Positions 47,193-59,760 are shown, counted from the first letter of the whole stretch. The stretch is 61,694 bases of DNA, filler included, from Rhabdomonas costata (GCA_019059605.1; 26 parts of 26 records of this genome joined end to end with filler, not necessarily neighbours in it); one strand, 5' to 3'. Made by a program: numbers and translations. The notes: generated by a model not told the origin, from the sequence alone.

Positions 47193-47445
47193 AAGCGGCC
47201 AGCGTCCCCTCTGCGGCTGCGGCCTCACGCATACGAGAGCAGGCGGTACTGGGACAACCGCTACAAGGCCGGTGCGTCGCAGGACTGGTATGCAACCTAT
47301 GCCGACCTCCAGGACTACCTGGGGCCCCTGCTGGGTCAGACCAGCCAGCAGCCACAGGGCTCGTGCAGTGCAGCGCACTCCTCCATCCTGGTGCTGGGCT
47401 GTGGGAACTCCGCGCTGGGGGCGGACCTGTACTCCGCGGGGCACC
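47193..47445 (+). CDS. SAM-dependent methyltransferase, METTL13/EEF1AKMT4-like (internal exon; absent from the ORF track)
   Basis: After a ttctgtag acceptor it reads ...AYESRRYWDNRYKAGASQDWYATYADLQDYLGPLL...SILVLGCGNSALGADLYSAG. The YWDxRY, DWY and ILVLGCGNS motifs are present. Confidence 0.9.
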
Positions 47446-49919
47446 ACAAACNNNNNNNNNNNNNNNNNNNNNNNNNNNNNNNNNNNNNNNNNNNNTTAAT
47501 TAATTAANNNNNNNNNNNNNNNNNNNNNNNNNNNNNNNNNNNNNNNNNNNNGGAGGGCTGCGACCACTGTTCGGTGTCTAGGAATAATTATGGCTTGATT
47601 TACGTCCAACCGTTAGGGTGTGTCTCAACCATGCCGAGTCTCTGTGCTTGTGGTGTTTGTGTCACTGTTGAGGCTGCTGGCGTTGGGTGTGTCAGAGTTC
47701 GTGCTGTGTTAGTGCGTTGTGGTGTTGGCGTCGCTGTTAAGTGATTCAGGGCTTATGCGTATTGTGTGTTTGTGTTCGTGTTAGTGTTAGTGTGTGGTAG
47801 TGTTGGGTTGTTGGGAGTAGTGTTGAGGTTGTTGGCGGTTGGTTGGAGTGACGTTGGTGGTGTCGAGAGTCATGCAGTGGTGCTTGTGCGAGGAAATAGC
47901 ATAACAAGTGACAAAGCGACCAAGAAACATCTTCTGGACATTACAAACGTAGCGAGGAGCGCAGCGACGACGGAACAGTAACAGTGGAAGGATGGCCATG
48001 AGCGTAGCGAATGCACATCCTGACATCTTCTCCTCTATACTCGTGAGATAGCGAACCGTGCAGCGGGGATCGAAGCGAACCATCAACACTTAGGAGGAGT
48101 TACACGAGCGTAGCGAGTGTTAAGACGACATCAACATCTTTCTTTCTCTTCACGTCGGTCGTCCCCGTCTTTCAAGTCCCTCCTTCAACTCTCACTCTTC
48201 ACTCCACGCCAGAAGGCGGTACGTTCCTCACATCCACTCTTCTATCAGTTCTTTCGGTCACGTGTCGCCCTCGGCTGGATCCCCTTCGCATCTGACCAAC
48301 ATTTGGGTTCATTTTAGCGTTGGACTAGCGTTGGGTATGCACGGGGTTAGCATCTCAGCATCAGTGGTAGGATTCATGCATCTTTCATCTCCCTCTCACT
48401 CTTTGAGTAGTAATTCCGCTAGGGTTACACCATCACCCTTCATTCTGGCATCCATCGTAGCACCAGCGTTAGTATACACCATCCTCATCACTGTCAGCGT
48501 AATGGTAGGGCATCATCCTTACACCATCAGAATCATTCCTCACCATATCACTCTGTCGGTGGGTCCATGCTACGGGTACATCCTGACATACTGACTGACA
48601 TCCACTCTGTAGCGGTGGGGTAGCATGAATCTTCCACTCATCACAATAAGAGCGGGCATTGTTGCATCCCAACATCCCTCTGTCACTATCCATGCTGTCA
48701 TGTCGGTCTCGGAGACCTCCACTTCGCACTTTTAGCTACTTTGGAGTTGATAGCAGCATTGACACCACTCGTAGCGTGAAACCCTAGCATCCTGACAGCA
48801 GCTTTATCACCAAGATTGCTAGGACGTCAACACCACTGGGTAGCTCCGTCAACCACCATACCACCATTGCTGGGTTGGCTGACATCACTTCTACCACCAA
48901 CATCATCACTCAGTGGAGGTGGGGCTTATGCTACCACTACCCCTTACCAATGGCATCACCAACTGGTTGGCTGTCATGCTATGCGTACCACTACCACTCC
49001 ATGATGTAGGGATAACACATACATACACCACCTATTGGCTGATGTTGGCTGGGTTGAGTCTTGGCCTGACCTTCTAGCTTCCTCCGGAGGGGTTTACCGC
49101 TCATATCCGTCACGTGGGCTAGGCCACTCTTGACATCTCCGGTTTCCCATCGTGGCATATACCCATCGTGGTACTCCGCATGTGTGTGTCAACCAGTTTT
49201 TGTTTATAGCCATCGAACCACTGGTGCTATCGTTAGTTACTGTTACCATGGGCTCGTAACTCATAACTCACACAAACAGATCAACTGACACCATGGGCCC
49301 ATCTTATCTCACTGCTTATCACTGTTCGTATTGTATGTTGAGACAGTGCGTTCATCAATAGTTGCCGTCGAAGTGGATCCTGGTCTTTCTGGCCTTGCTG
49401 TCGATCCCCATGTGGGTGCGTCTGGATTCCAGCTTGCCTAATCCATTCATGTCAAGGTCGTTGTTCAATATCATCATCTGGCATTGCTCACTGCGTACGT
49501 TGTTCCATCTGATTTGTGTAGGAGTCGGTGTTTTCAGCTTGGATATCCCGAGGGACATCATGAACCCAGAAGGAAACCGAAGACCGAAGGCAAGAAGGCG
49601 AAGAACAAAGGCAAGAACCCAAAGAACGAAGGCAAAGACCGAAACCTCCTAAGAGGGAAACCAACGAAACCAAACACCGAAAGCAAAAACCCCACCCCAC
49701 CCGAATTACGAAACCCAAATTCCAGACTCCGAATTCGAAAGCCGAAGGCATGAACCACTACTCTACATCCTACTACGGACTGCTCGCTTCGCACCCGTCC
49801 TACGTACCCTGAACCCACCNNNNNNNNNNNNNNNNNNNNNNNNNNNNNNNNNNNNNNNNNNNNTTAATTAATTAANNNNNNNNNNNNNNNNNNNNNNNNN
49901 NNNNNNNNNNNNNNNNNNN

Positions 49920-50840
49920 GTGTGTGTGTCAGGCCATCACATAATTCCAGAACGCAGTTTCAAGGCTTGCTGGATTATGCTGGCTTCGAAAAGGAGCTAC
50001 CTCAATTCGGCTTTGGATGTGCTCCCGATTTTGGACAGAAATTACAACGACCGGTTTCCATACCCGATTGTGTTTTTTGTTCATCCTCGCCTACACTCGC
50101 GGGAGGTGGAGAAAAGCATAAGAGCTGCCACGCGATCGCAAGTCATAGTCGCTCCCACCAGTGTCTGGGCATTTCCTGAGATGTGGGAGGGACGCGGGTA
50201 CGCTGGGCGGACCTGCATGAATCGTTCTAAAGAATGCCTGCAGAACGCCAACCTGAAGCGCTGTCGGAAGAAAGGCTGGCCACGAGACTACCTCATTATG
50301 AACCGGTTCTTCATTTACAGAATGTTCCAGGAACTCGTTCTGGCCTCCTTCGACTTCTACGCGAGGATTGACACAGATGCCTATTTTGGTGCCCCAGTGC
50401 CGTTCGATTTGTTTCACGTGATGCACAGCTTAAAAATGGACTTTGGGTATGGGCATCAAGGTGTTGATCCCTCTGGGTGCGTTCGAGGAATGAGGCAGTG
50501 CATGCTCAAGTGGGCAAAGACGCGTTTGGCCAGTGGTGAGGTTGCGGGTGGTGCCTCCCGGCTGGCGGAAGGCGTTGCCGCCCTGGAAGCTCTTCCGGTT
50601 GGAGTAATGTGGTATGGCAATCTGGGGTTTGGTAATCTTCACTTCTTTCGCTCTGAGGAATACCTCTCATTGGCTCGTTGGGTTGCCGAGAAGCACAACG
50701 GGGTGTACTTACACCGTTGGTCCGATCAGGCGATGTACCCGCAGGCCGTGGCCCTTCTATCATCGTTTCGCCGAGTGAGACAATTCGGATGGCGACATGG
50801 AATCTGTCTCTACCATAAGGGGATAGTTGCAAACCAATAG
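49920..50840 (+). CDS. Glycosyltransferase family 15 (KRE2/MNT1-like alpha-1,2-mannosyltransferase), 5'-truncated
   Basis: 306-aa uninterrupted ORF with NYNDRFPYPIVF, YLIMNRFF, FDFYARIDTD, DLFHVM...FGY, NLHFFRSEEY and GVYLHRWSDQ. These match GT15 motifs (YxxMCRF, YYWRxE/D, FFRS..Y, G.Y..RWGD). Confidence 0.85.
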   Translation: MCVSGHHIIPERSFKACWIMLASKRSYLNSALDVLPILDRNYNDRFPYPIVFFVHPRLHSREVEKSIRAATRSQVIVAPTSVWAFPEMWEGRGYAGRTCMNRSKECLQNANLKRCRKKGWPRDYLIMNRFFIYRMFQELVLASFDFYARIDTDAYFGAPVPFDLFHVMHSLKMDFGYGHQGVDPSGCVRGMRQCMLKWAKTRLASGEVAGGASRLAEGVAALEALPVGVMWYGNLGFGNLHFFRSEEYLSLARWVAEKHNGVYLHRWSDQAMYPQAVALLSSFRRVRQFGWRHGICLYHKGIVANQ

Positions 50841-53181
50841 CACGCAACTGCAGCCGCACATCAGTGAGGTTGCAAGGTATTGCGTAAAGTAGGTCCCGTT
50901 GCACTCACAATTGTGACTCGTTGCCTGTTCAGTACGAACACCCGCTTTGCGGCGGGTGAGTGATGACAATTGCACACCAGTGGCGTGCAGTCTTTGTGAC
51001 TTGAAGTCTTGGGAAGGAACTTAGGGTACAAAACGGGGAAGTGAACATCTTTTCTCATTTATCCCCTAGCTAACCAATTTTGCTTTGGAAACCGTTCGTA
51101 TTTGAGATTGATTGGCGTTCGGTCGGTTTAGTTCGGTGTTTCTGTGCCGTAGGTCCAACTTTCGCACAATTTATGCGGCCGTTTCGCGCCGGTAGTCATT
51201 TTCATCTGTTGTCTTACTGATACAATTCTGCTGTCGTGCTTTTATGTTCCCCTGGCCCATTGTTTCAAGCAGAATGGCACAGCTTCTTTCCGTGTTCCTG
51301 GACCGTGTTTTCCGAACTGAGGGAGATGTCGTACCTATTGTGGAGCCCTTATGGGGTGATGGAACCCTGCCGCCCTGCCCCCTGCTGTTCCGGCACGTTG
51401 GCAGAAGGTTCGTTGTTTCGTTACCGGAGGCTCTTGCTTCTGCCCCTGCAATGCTGGAGGCGGTGTCTCCGGGGGACAGTGCCACCAGCCTGACCAACAG
51501 CAGCATGGTCCTGAGGATTCAGTACATCACGGTGTGGTCATCGTCAGACTGTAGTTCTTTCATGGCACCTTGCAACCTTGTAGGGTGTCACGCACACTGG
51601 GAAAGCAGAAACGGGGGAATTAAGTGGTGTATGGGTAGCCGAGACCTTGGCTTGATCCCCTTCTTTCCAATTTAAGCATGAAGGCTGGTTCATTGGTTCT
51701 CTGTTCTATGCTCAGATTGCCATATTCGCCATTTCTTCGCTGTTTGCGCTGTGCATCTGGGCCCTGGAACTCCTCCGCCGTCGCACTCACCACAACCACG
51801 AGGCCGAAACCGAAGAGGAGTACGACTTCGTTCCGTATGTCAGCAAGCGTTTTCCGCGTTGCTTGTTTCTTGAACTAAAGTGGAAAGTTGGGTTAGCTGT
51901 CAATCGCACATGGACTTACCCTGCCTCCTTCACAGGGAATGATTTACAGCCGCACAAAAAAGGAGTCGAGGGGCAAAGGTTAGGCAAGGAGGCATTCAAG
52001 CGTATCCCAGTTGAATAAGATGCGCACCTGGGCAAACAAAGACGATGGAGAAACACAAAGCAAGCAAGCAAACAAACAAAAGGAAGAAGGATGAGGAATA
52101 CGAAAACTCAGAAAACAGAAAAGAAGGGGAGGGGAGCAACACTGTATCGGTGAAACCCGGCAGGCGAAGGGCAAAGGGTGAAAACCCACCACCACNNNNN
52201 NNNNNNNNNNNNNNNNNNNNNNNNNNNNNNNNNNNNNNNTTAATTAATTAANNNNNNNNNNNNNNNNNNNNNNNNNNNNNNNNNNNNNNNNNNNNGGGGG
52301 TGTGGGGTGATGGGGGGAGAATAGTAACGTCATTTAATCCCAAGCTCTGCACCTTCTCCCCCCATCATCCCTTGCCCAAACCACACTCCATCGGCAAGAC
52401 AGCCCACAGGCCTTGGGAAGCCAAGCAACAGAGCGGGAAGCCAAATGCAAAGGCAACGTCTAACTCCACGGGGCCTTTTCCAGCTGAACGCACACAGCCA
52501 GAGCGAGGTAATGACCTTTCCGTGGATTAGGAATTTGGGCATTCATATCGAAGAAGCGCTGACCAACCCAGATTAGAGAATACAGTCGGAACAGTCAAAA
52601 CCGTTTTCCACTCATTTTTGACAAGTATCCTGTATGTATCGCCAGTGGAGAATACATCCTTGTCATTCCTTGCATTATCGTGTGCAAGTAGAAGCTTCAA
52701 AATTTCCAGAAAGACTTTGGATAACCTCAAACCACGGTGTTCAGAAGGCTTCTTGTGGAAAGGTAGACCTTCCCTCACGATCCATTGTTGTACCCGAGTT
52801 GGCTGGGAGTGACGTGAACAGTGAGTGTACAATGAGAGGAAGAGGGGGGGGGGGGTGAACGAAGAAATTGTTATCCTGGCCTAGTAACCGTTACCACCCA
52901 TCGACCCACTACCAGGTCCTTAGCACCACTATTGACAGGGTCACAGGCATAATACCACCCATTTCTGGCGCTACCAGATATTCACGCATAAACTCCCCGT
53001 GCCCGAAAACGAGGATGCTGCAGAAGGACACGAGGGGTCTTGCGTTGCCTTTGTCAAGGAGAGATGTGCCGAAGGACAGGAGTGGGCAATTTCTCTGATA
53101 GAGACATAGCAAACATGGAGACATTGTCACGGAACTTCTACAGAGCCCTCTCTCAAGCCTGTCTCTCGCCATGAGTGTGAC

Positions 53182-54437
53182 TTAGGCCTTGTCGGGGCCC
53201 TCGTCACAGATGTCAGAGCCGTGGGCATGGTGCATCTGCGCACGCACGACCTCGCGGCGCAGAGGGGCCTGCTGGTACACCGTGCCCCCAGCGAGAGAGA
53301 GCAGCAGGAAGGCCACACCAGCCGCGCTGGCGTGCTTGCTCCACATCGCAGTGTTCACCGCCACGGGAAGCAGCTTGCACATCACCCCAACTGTGGTTTG
53401 GTGGTTGCTGAGTTGGGTTATCAGTGTGCCAAAGCGAAGAGGTGCCAGTGGGCTTTCGGGCAATTGATAAAAACTTGATAGAAGAACTAAGTATTACAGT
53501 ATAGTGTAGTATGGGCTGAGTACATGGGCTTGCGATGATCCCTGTCATTTTCGTTTCCATTGCAGCGAAAAAGAGGTCTTGGTTTCTGATGCTACGCGCC
53601 GAAGGTGGTGTGAGAAATTTATCAAGTTTTGCAGCCATGTAAAACGCACCGGATGGTGGATAAGGGATGTGAGAGAAGTGCCACTCCCACCGGTTGTACG
53701 GTGCAACTCACTCAAAATGATGTCAAAGAAGGACGTGACAAGATCGAAGAACTGAGTATTACAGTATAGTATAGTATGGGCTGAGTACATGGGCTTGCGA
53801 TGATCCCTGTCATTTTCGTTTCCATTGCAGCGAAAAAGAGGTCTTGGTTTCTGATGCTACGCGCCGAAGGTGGTGTGAGAAATTTATCAAGTTTTGCAGC
53901 CATGTAAAACGCACCGGATGGTGGATAAGGGATGTGAGAGAAGTGCCACTCCCACCGGTTGTACGGTGCAACTCACTCAAAATGATGTCAAAGCCGGACG
54001 TGACAAGATCGAAGAACTGACTGCATGCAGCGGCCAGATGCGGGGCCCCACTGCCATTCCAAGTCACCCACATTTCCCTGTTGGTTTTGATGTACAGGGC
54101 TCTAACAGAACCACATCTAACGACGAAAGGAGGTTTCAGCCCAAAATCAAGGGAACGCTTCTTACCGCTGTACCCAATCATATCGTTCCCCCAAAGGTAG
54201 CGACAAAAAAGGGGTCACCAAGTGCACACCGATAGTGTACGCCGTGGCGGAGAGCACGCTTCGGCAGTGCCACCCCGTCCACGAGATCGCCACCCCGACC
54301 ACACACGACAGCCCCACAAACACCACTCCGCCCAAGCTGAGCTCGACAGTAGGGAACAGCTCGTGCTCGGAGTTCAGTAGGGCCACCGCAAGCATGATCG
54401 GGATGCTCAGCAGGTTGGTGTAGTACACGTGCCCGCT
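53182..54437 (-). CDS. Golgi nucleotide-sugar transporter, GDP-mannose/GDP-fucose (GONST/LPG2-like), last two exons
   Basis: Exons 54437-54230 (VYYTNLLSIP...LSCVVGVAISWTGWHCRSVLSATAYTI) and 53390-53182 (VGVMCKLL...WSKHAS...GGTVYQQAPLR...TAA), joined by a phase-1 GT-AG intron. Confidence 0.85.
53481..54019. repeat. 265-bp tandem duplication (2 near-identical copies) in an intron
   Basis: Units start with gaagaact at 53481 and 53746, and the same motif recurs at 54011. The duplicated ORF starts at 53638 and 53903 differ by 265. Confidence 0.95.
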
Positions 54438-54702
54438 CTGCAGAGACGCATCAGCACAACGGCGACCCACATGCAATCTCAACCCCGCATCATTGTGCCT
54501 CCGCTGCCACACCCCAAACACCAGTTTGGGGCAGCGGAGTGGCATTCATCAAAAGCAGCCAAAAAAAACANNNNNNNNNNNNNNNNNNNNNNNNNNNNNN
54601 NNNNNNNNNNNNNNTTAATTAATTAANNNNNNNNNNNNNNNNNNNNNNNNNNNNNNNNNNNNNNNNNNNNGGGTGGGACGGGGGAGGGGGGATGGGGCAC
54701 AG

Positions 54703-54891
54703 TGGTCGCTGATCGTGGAGTTTGCCTACGGCCAGGTGCTGTCTCGGCCGGGGCTGACCATCGCCGAGCGCGAGCTCTCCGTGCTGGCCGTGCTGGTGGG
54801 CACCGCGACCTTCCCTCAGCTACGCAGCCACCTCCGTGGGGCCCTTCTTAACGGCGCCACCTTCGAGCAGATCCGCGGGATTCTGGACCAG
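54703..54891 (+). CDS. Carboxymuconolactone decarboxylase/AhpD-like protein, internal exon
   Basis: LIVEFAYGQVLSRPGLTIAERELSVLAVLV...PQLRSHLRGALLNGATFEQIRGILDQ matches the PcaC/CMD consensus (FAYG...RPGL..RERE...QL..H..GAL.NG.T.EEI). Confidence 0.88.
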
Positions 54892-56631
54892 GCACCCCTC
54901 TTCTTCCCATCTTACCCCATCCCCAGCACCGCTGCCTGTGTGTGCTGTTATTAACGTCTATGGCTTTGATTTTGATAAAGTTGCTTCTTAGCACGAAGGT
55001 AAAGGTTCGCTGCGAAAAAAAAAGGTGGGGCCGCAAATTTGTCTGCGCGCATCCGGGTCCGCTTTGATGGTCCACTAAACGACCCAAGTAACTAGATGTT
55101 GCATTTCTGTTAGGGTTTACGAAGCGTTCCCAAAGCCTCATCCTCCCAGCAACCGAGAATGGACTCACGGGGTCCTTGCCGGTTGTTATGGAGTTGATGT
55201 GTTCCTTCAGAAACGATTTCCTTTGTGTCATGCAGAGTTTGCTCGTCATTGTGACTTCAAAACCCCTTGCCTCACTTGACCCAGATCACGTGCTCATCGT
55301 TTGCGTTCTTGGGGGTGGGGGATGAGCTGTATGAGCTGTCACTCCCTGGACCCTGGACCGATTTTTTCTCTGCACACCTGTATGTCGCAACAGAAAATTG
55401 GTTGCTTGTCCAGGTCTTGGTAAAAAAATCTTGGAAATTGAGATTAGATTCTCAGCTTTTCCTATCGTTATTCGTTCGTTCTCTGGTGAAGTATTTACAT
55501 TGCCTTCCTTTAGTCCCGTCCCCCCCCCCCCCCGTTTTTCGGCTTCCCGTGTGCAGTGCCGGGTGTGGTACTCGTCCTCCCCTTCCATGTCCCTGTCCTT
55601 CCCCTTTTATCACCAAACTTACACACACGTGCACGCACACATCGGGGAGGAGGAGAGAAGTGTGTGCGTGTTTGTGTGTGGACGGGAGGGAGAGGGGTTG
55701 CCGTGGCCGTGGGTGGGGAGAGGTAGCATTCCTTTGTACTGAACCCCCGCCTCAGCTTTTGGTCACTTTTTGGGTCTTCTGTCCCTGGTAGTGGTGGTAG
55801 TGGTGGTAGTGGAGCTTGGGGAAGTGCATTTCGATCGTTTTGCCTGCAACCCGAACCGTCTCTCGTTTAATAATCCAAACCAACTGGCCAGACTTACGTT
55901 TTTCCTGGTCTGCATACGCTCCTCCCTCCACCTCACCTCTGGGGGGAGGGGTATTATGGGGTGGTGGGAGTAACGGGCGGGCATTGTCGCTAATAAACGG
56001 TGCAGTTCTTTGGAGTCTGTGTCGCAGGTCCTGCAGTTAACCCTCCACAGCTTCTAATTTCCAGTCCAACGGTGTATTGGAACGTCAGCTTCTGACAGTT
56101 GCATGGTTTTAGAAAACAGCTTTGGTCAATCGCGTTGGGATGCGATCTCAGCAGCAGTTGCCGAAACTGCACATGGGGCACTCATGGTATTGGCGAGAAG
56201 GTATCAGCTTCTCTTGGTAAGGGCGCAACTCAGCAGATCAGTGCCCGCCACACGGATAGAGCGGTCAATTTCTGGTGCACGCCACTGCGCAAACATGGAA
56301 GGACAAAACTAGAAGAACTCTTCTTCATGGAATCGTTTTCTTCTATCCCCCATTCCATTGTGCGCGGTCAGAGTTCCTCCAGCATAGAACGGGTCTATTA
56401 GGGAGGCAGGCTCTCTTCTTCGCAGTTTGTTTTGTTTGTGTGTATACTTGCTTGCCCATCTCCACACCGCGCCCGGTTGCCTTTGCCGCTCGTGCTTCAG
56501 CTCCCGTCGGGGGATCCACAGGGGTTTCGTGGTGCCGTGATACTGTTGGGTAAGGGCAAATCGGGGTAGGGTAGAATTTCTGTGACAAGTGCAGTACAGC
56601 CCTTTTCTGGCCTTTTCCTGTTGTTATCGTC

Positions 56632-56938
56632 TTCAGGAGCACTTCCCCGTCGAATTGCCGCATTACCTTTGCTAACTTTTCTACTACGTAAACCTTTTCT
56701 ATCTTCACAGACACTGCCTAAACCTGGAACCCCAAAGCACTGTTTTGATTATTAATCAGTTGAACGGGAACCATTGGAACGCTGTTCCCTTTAAATGAAC
56801 CCGATTGGTACTCTAAACCTCAATCGCAATGGACAGGGAAGGGCTTTCAGGAGCACTTCCCCGTCGAATTGCCGCGTTACCATTGCTAACTTTTCTACTA
56901 CCTAAACCTTTTCTATCTTCACAGACACTGCCTAAACC
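56632..56938. repeat. 93-bp dispersed direct repeat
   Basis: ttcaggagcacttccccgtcgaattgccgc...acagacactgcctaaacc at 56632-56724 and 56846-56938, with few mismatches. Confidence 0.9.
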
Positions 56939-57676
56939 CAAAACCNNNNNNNNNNNNNNNNNNNNNNNNNNNNNNNNNNNNNNNNNNNNTTAATTAATTA
57001 ANNNNNNNNNNNNNNNNNNNNNNNNNNNNNNNNNNNNNNNNNNNNTATACGTTACGACGATGACGTCATCGTTTCTCTGTCTGCAAATCAATTTTTCTCG
57101 TGACTTTCGGGGTGTGTGCTAGGGTCCGAGTTTCCAACACAGGCACAGCCATGCCCCCATCAAATCGCGGTGGAAACCTTCTGCTGCTTCAAGCGCCGTT
57201 CTGTTCCAAAAAAATGAAACTAAGGTTGCTGAGGTGGGGGAAACGTTGTCCCTGTAAATATCAGCGCTATATCGGAGATGACTCTTTCATGAGGGCATTA
57301 ACGCATGCCAAAAACGCCACCCACCGAGCTTATTGGCGGTTCAATTTCCAGAACTGCGCTCAATATATCATGAAGCGAGCCACGTTGTAACAACAACATA
57401 AAAAGCCGCGTTGTAATACTTTGCACGAACGTCGGATTTGTGGCAGTTTCCCGTGGGAGTTATTCAAACGACAAGGTTACCTTCCTGCATCCTAGATTTT
57501 GCCAAAGTAAAAGTGTCCACCACGAGATATTGTTGAACGGATGTTGAACGTTTCCTTGCACTATATTGCCAAAGCGCCTGGAATAGCTATCAGGTGAGCA
57601 AGGGAAGCATCGACTTCGGGACTCTGCGACATCAGCCACATTACATCCCACATCTCATGCGCCACACAACATGCAC

Positions 57677-58390
57677 CTTGGCCTCGTCGTAGTAACAGAG
57701 ATGCGTTGCACGAGCAACTCTCTCCGCTTCCTCAACGGTGCGGAACATGAGGCCCACCACCTGCGCAAAAAGGAGCCAGGAGTTTGTTCTTGTGGACTAA
57801 ACTGCGTCATTAGCGAACTCTCATCCGCACAAGTAGAAATCTTTCATACCGAATGGTGTATAGCGTCACAAAGCAAGAATACCAGAGACTGAAATAGGCA
57901 AAAACAAGGGTATGATGAGCTGAAAATTAAAATTGCAGCGACTGGCACCCATCATCTCACCTGAATCAAAGAACGGCGCAATCGCAACAACCGATGGAAC
58001 CCATTTTCTTGTGATAAGTTGAAAGAAAAAGGGCCACAAAAGAAAACCGCTTTTCAGGGAGGAGCTCAAACAAACACCAACTGTCTGAAAACAGATACAA
58101 AAGCGTCCCGCTTGCAATGATTCTCCGCCTAGCTACAAGCGCAGCACCCAAAGGGTGAAGAGCGGAAGCGCACACCGCGGTGCACTGCCCAGTAACGTCC
58201 TCGTGACGGCCCACTGCAATCAGCAAGACGCGAGCCGACCCCCCAGCCCGGTTCACTGCAAAGTCTCTCAGCAGGTCGGGCGGCACCACCGCCGGGTCCG
58301 GGAGGTTCCGCAGCACCACGCAGTGCCTGGCGCTGCCCGCCAGTCCTGTGGGCCTCAGCAGGGTCCCGTACCTCGTGGCTGGGGCATCAC
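57677..58390 (-). CDS. Possible divergent RRM-like protein (2 exons)
   Basis: Exon ending at 58197 (CVVLRNLPDPAVVPPDLLRDF) and exon 57760-57677 (VVGLMFRTVEEAERVARATHLCYYDEAK). These are RNP2-like and F.T.EEA-like segments joined by a phase-0 GT-AG intron. Confidence 0.4.
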
Positions 58391-59760
58391 TTATTGCAAC
58401 GAGAAGCAAACATAAAAAATTTGAAAATAGTGAAGGAACACACAGGTCTGATCAATCAAGTCAGACTGAAACGCAGTGGAAGACTGACACGCGCGCAGGA
58501 AAGCAGGAGCGAACTTGATGTTTTTATTAGCACCTGGTTCTAATTTTGTGACCTTTGATGAGTATGGCCCCCCCACAACAGATAAATAAAGAGAACTATG
58601 TCAGGACCGGAACCTGAAAGGACACTAGCACACAAGCACGATCGGTTTCTGTCACCGGTCCTTCACAGGAGCCAATGCCGAGCTAATACGTCAATCCATC
58701 TCTGGAACACTGAAAACCAACAGTGCAGCACCACTAAGACCGGGGAATTAAATGGGCAGAAACCTGGGAGAAGGCCCAGTGGAGGTCCCAGCCAGTGAGT
58801 CCTCGCCAACCCCTGCAGGGGTACACACGGCGAGGTGCTCCCTTAGCACGAGGGAGGACACCATGTGAACCGGAGGGTTGGGACACTCCACCTGGAAATT
58901 GGGACCCAAACCACAACGAGCAAAGAGAGCCCAGGAGACCGACCAAAGCGAGTAGACAGGTAAAGGTAAACCTTGGTCAAAGAGGGGGGGATGTGAGCGA
59001 AATGAGTGAAATTAATGCCCGTGTCTCGGGCAACGTTCTGATGCTTCATTAAGCGATAGGCCTCAGCGCACTTTGGATTCGTCTTCATGTCAACCGAAAA
59101 TGATCCAGCTCCCAGCACAACACTTTTATTACTTGTGACGCCCTGATTTTTTTTTTGCGCCTTTTCATCCTCAAAATGAGACACTTTAGGACTACAGAGG
59201 TTTTTTCTTGCACTAGTTGAGTTCGAAAAAAACGGTTCCATCATCATGTTTATAATATCAATCAGTTAGGAATAGACCCTTATCCCCATCCCCGCAATCC
59301 CCGACCGTCCACCCAAACCCNNNNNNNNNNNNNNNNNNNNNNNNNNNNNNNNNNNNNNNNNNNNTTAATTAATTAANNNNNNNNNNNNNNNNNNNNNNNN
59401 NNNNNNNNNNNNNNNNNNNNGGGTTTTGATTATTGACATCGGATTTGGTGGCCTCCGCCACCGAACGCTTGTCTCACAACGCTACCTAATTTCTTCATTT
59501 CTTGTCCCACATCCTCCAAACCTCGCCCCATTCCCTACCATCCCCTACCAATCTCCTCCTCTTGCGCATGTGTCATGCGTGCACGCGTGCATCTACAATG
59601 TCCCTCCTTTTTGTGCTGCCTTCCTTATCTTTTTTTTTGTGCGGCTGTTTCATGTGGAAGACCCTTGATGCTGGACATTCGCGGCAGTCGAATTCATTTG
59701 TGGCGTTGATTACAGTCTGGCTCGTCAGGGTGGGGGGCTTTCCACGGGCATGTCTTTCAG

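Noticed and set aside
51290..52027. Minus-strand exon-like blocks with in-frame TAA/TGA (readthrough or editing)
   Set aside because: Another frame of 52027-51920 is open, and an alternative acceptor (cctcag, about 51511) bypasses the TGA. There is no homology to fix the frame.
6556..53184. Non-standard genetic code
   Set aside because: Conserved exons (PRP8, PIF1, DAK, kelch) have no in-frame stops and use TGG for Trp. TGA (ABCD, AARSD1, MBOAT), TAA (ARH, transporter) and TAG (GT15) all terminate genes at the expected positions.
2276..59420. Regularly spaced TTAATTAATTAA as a CRISPR-like array or biological repeat
   Set aside because: It is always embedded in 44+44 N. It is a synthetic six-frame-stop linker between contigs.
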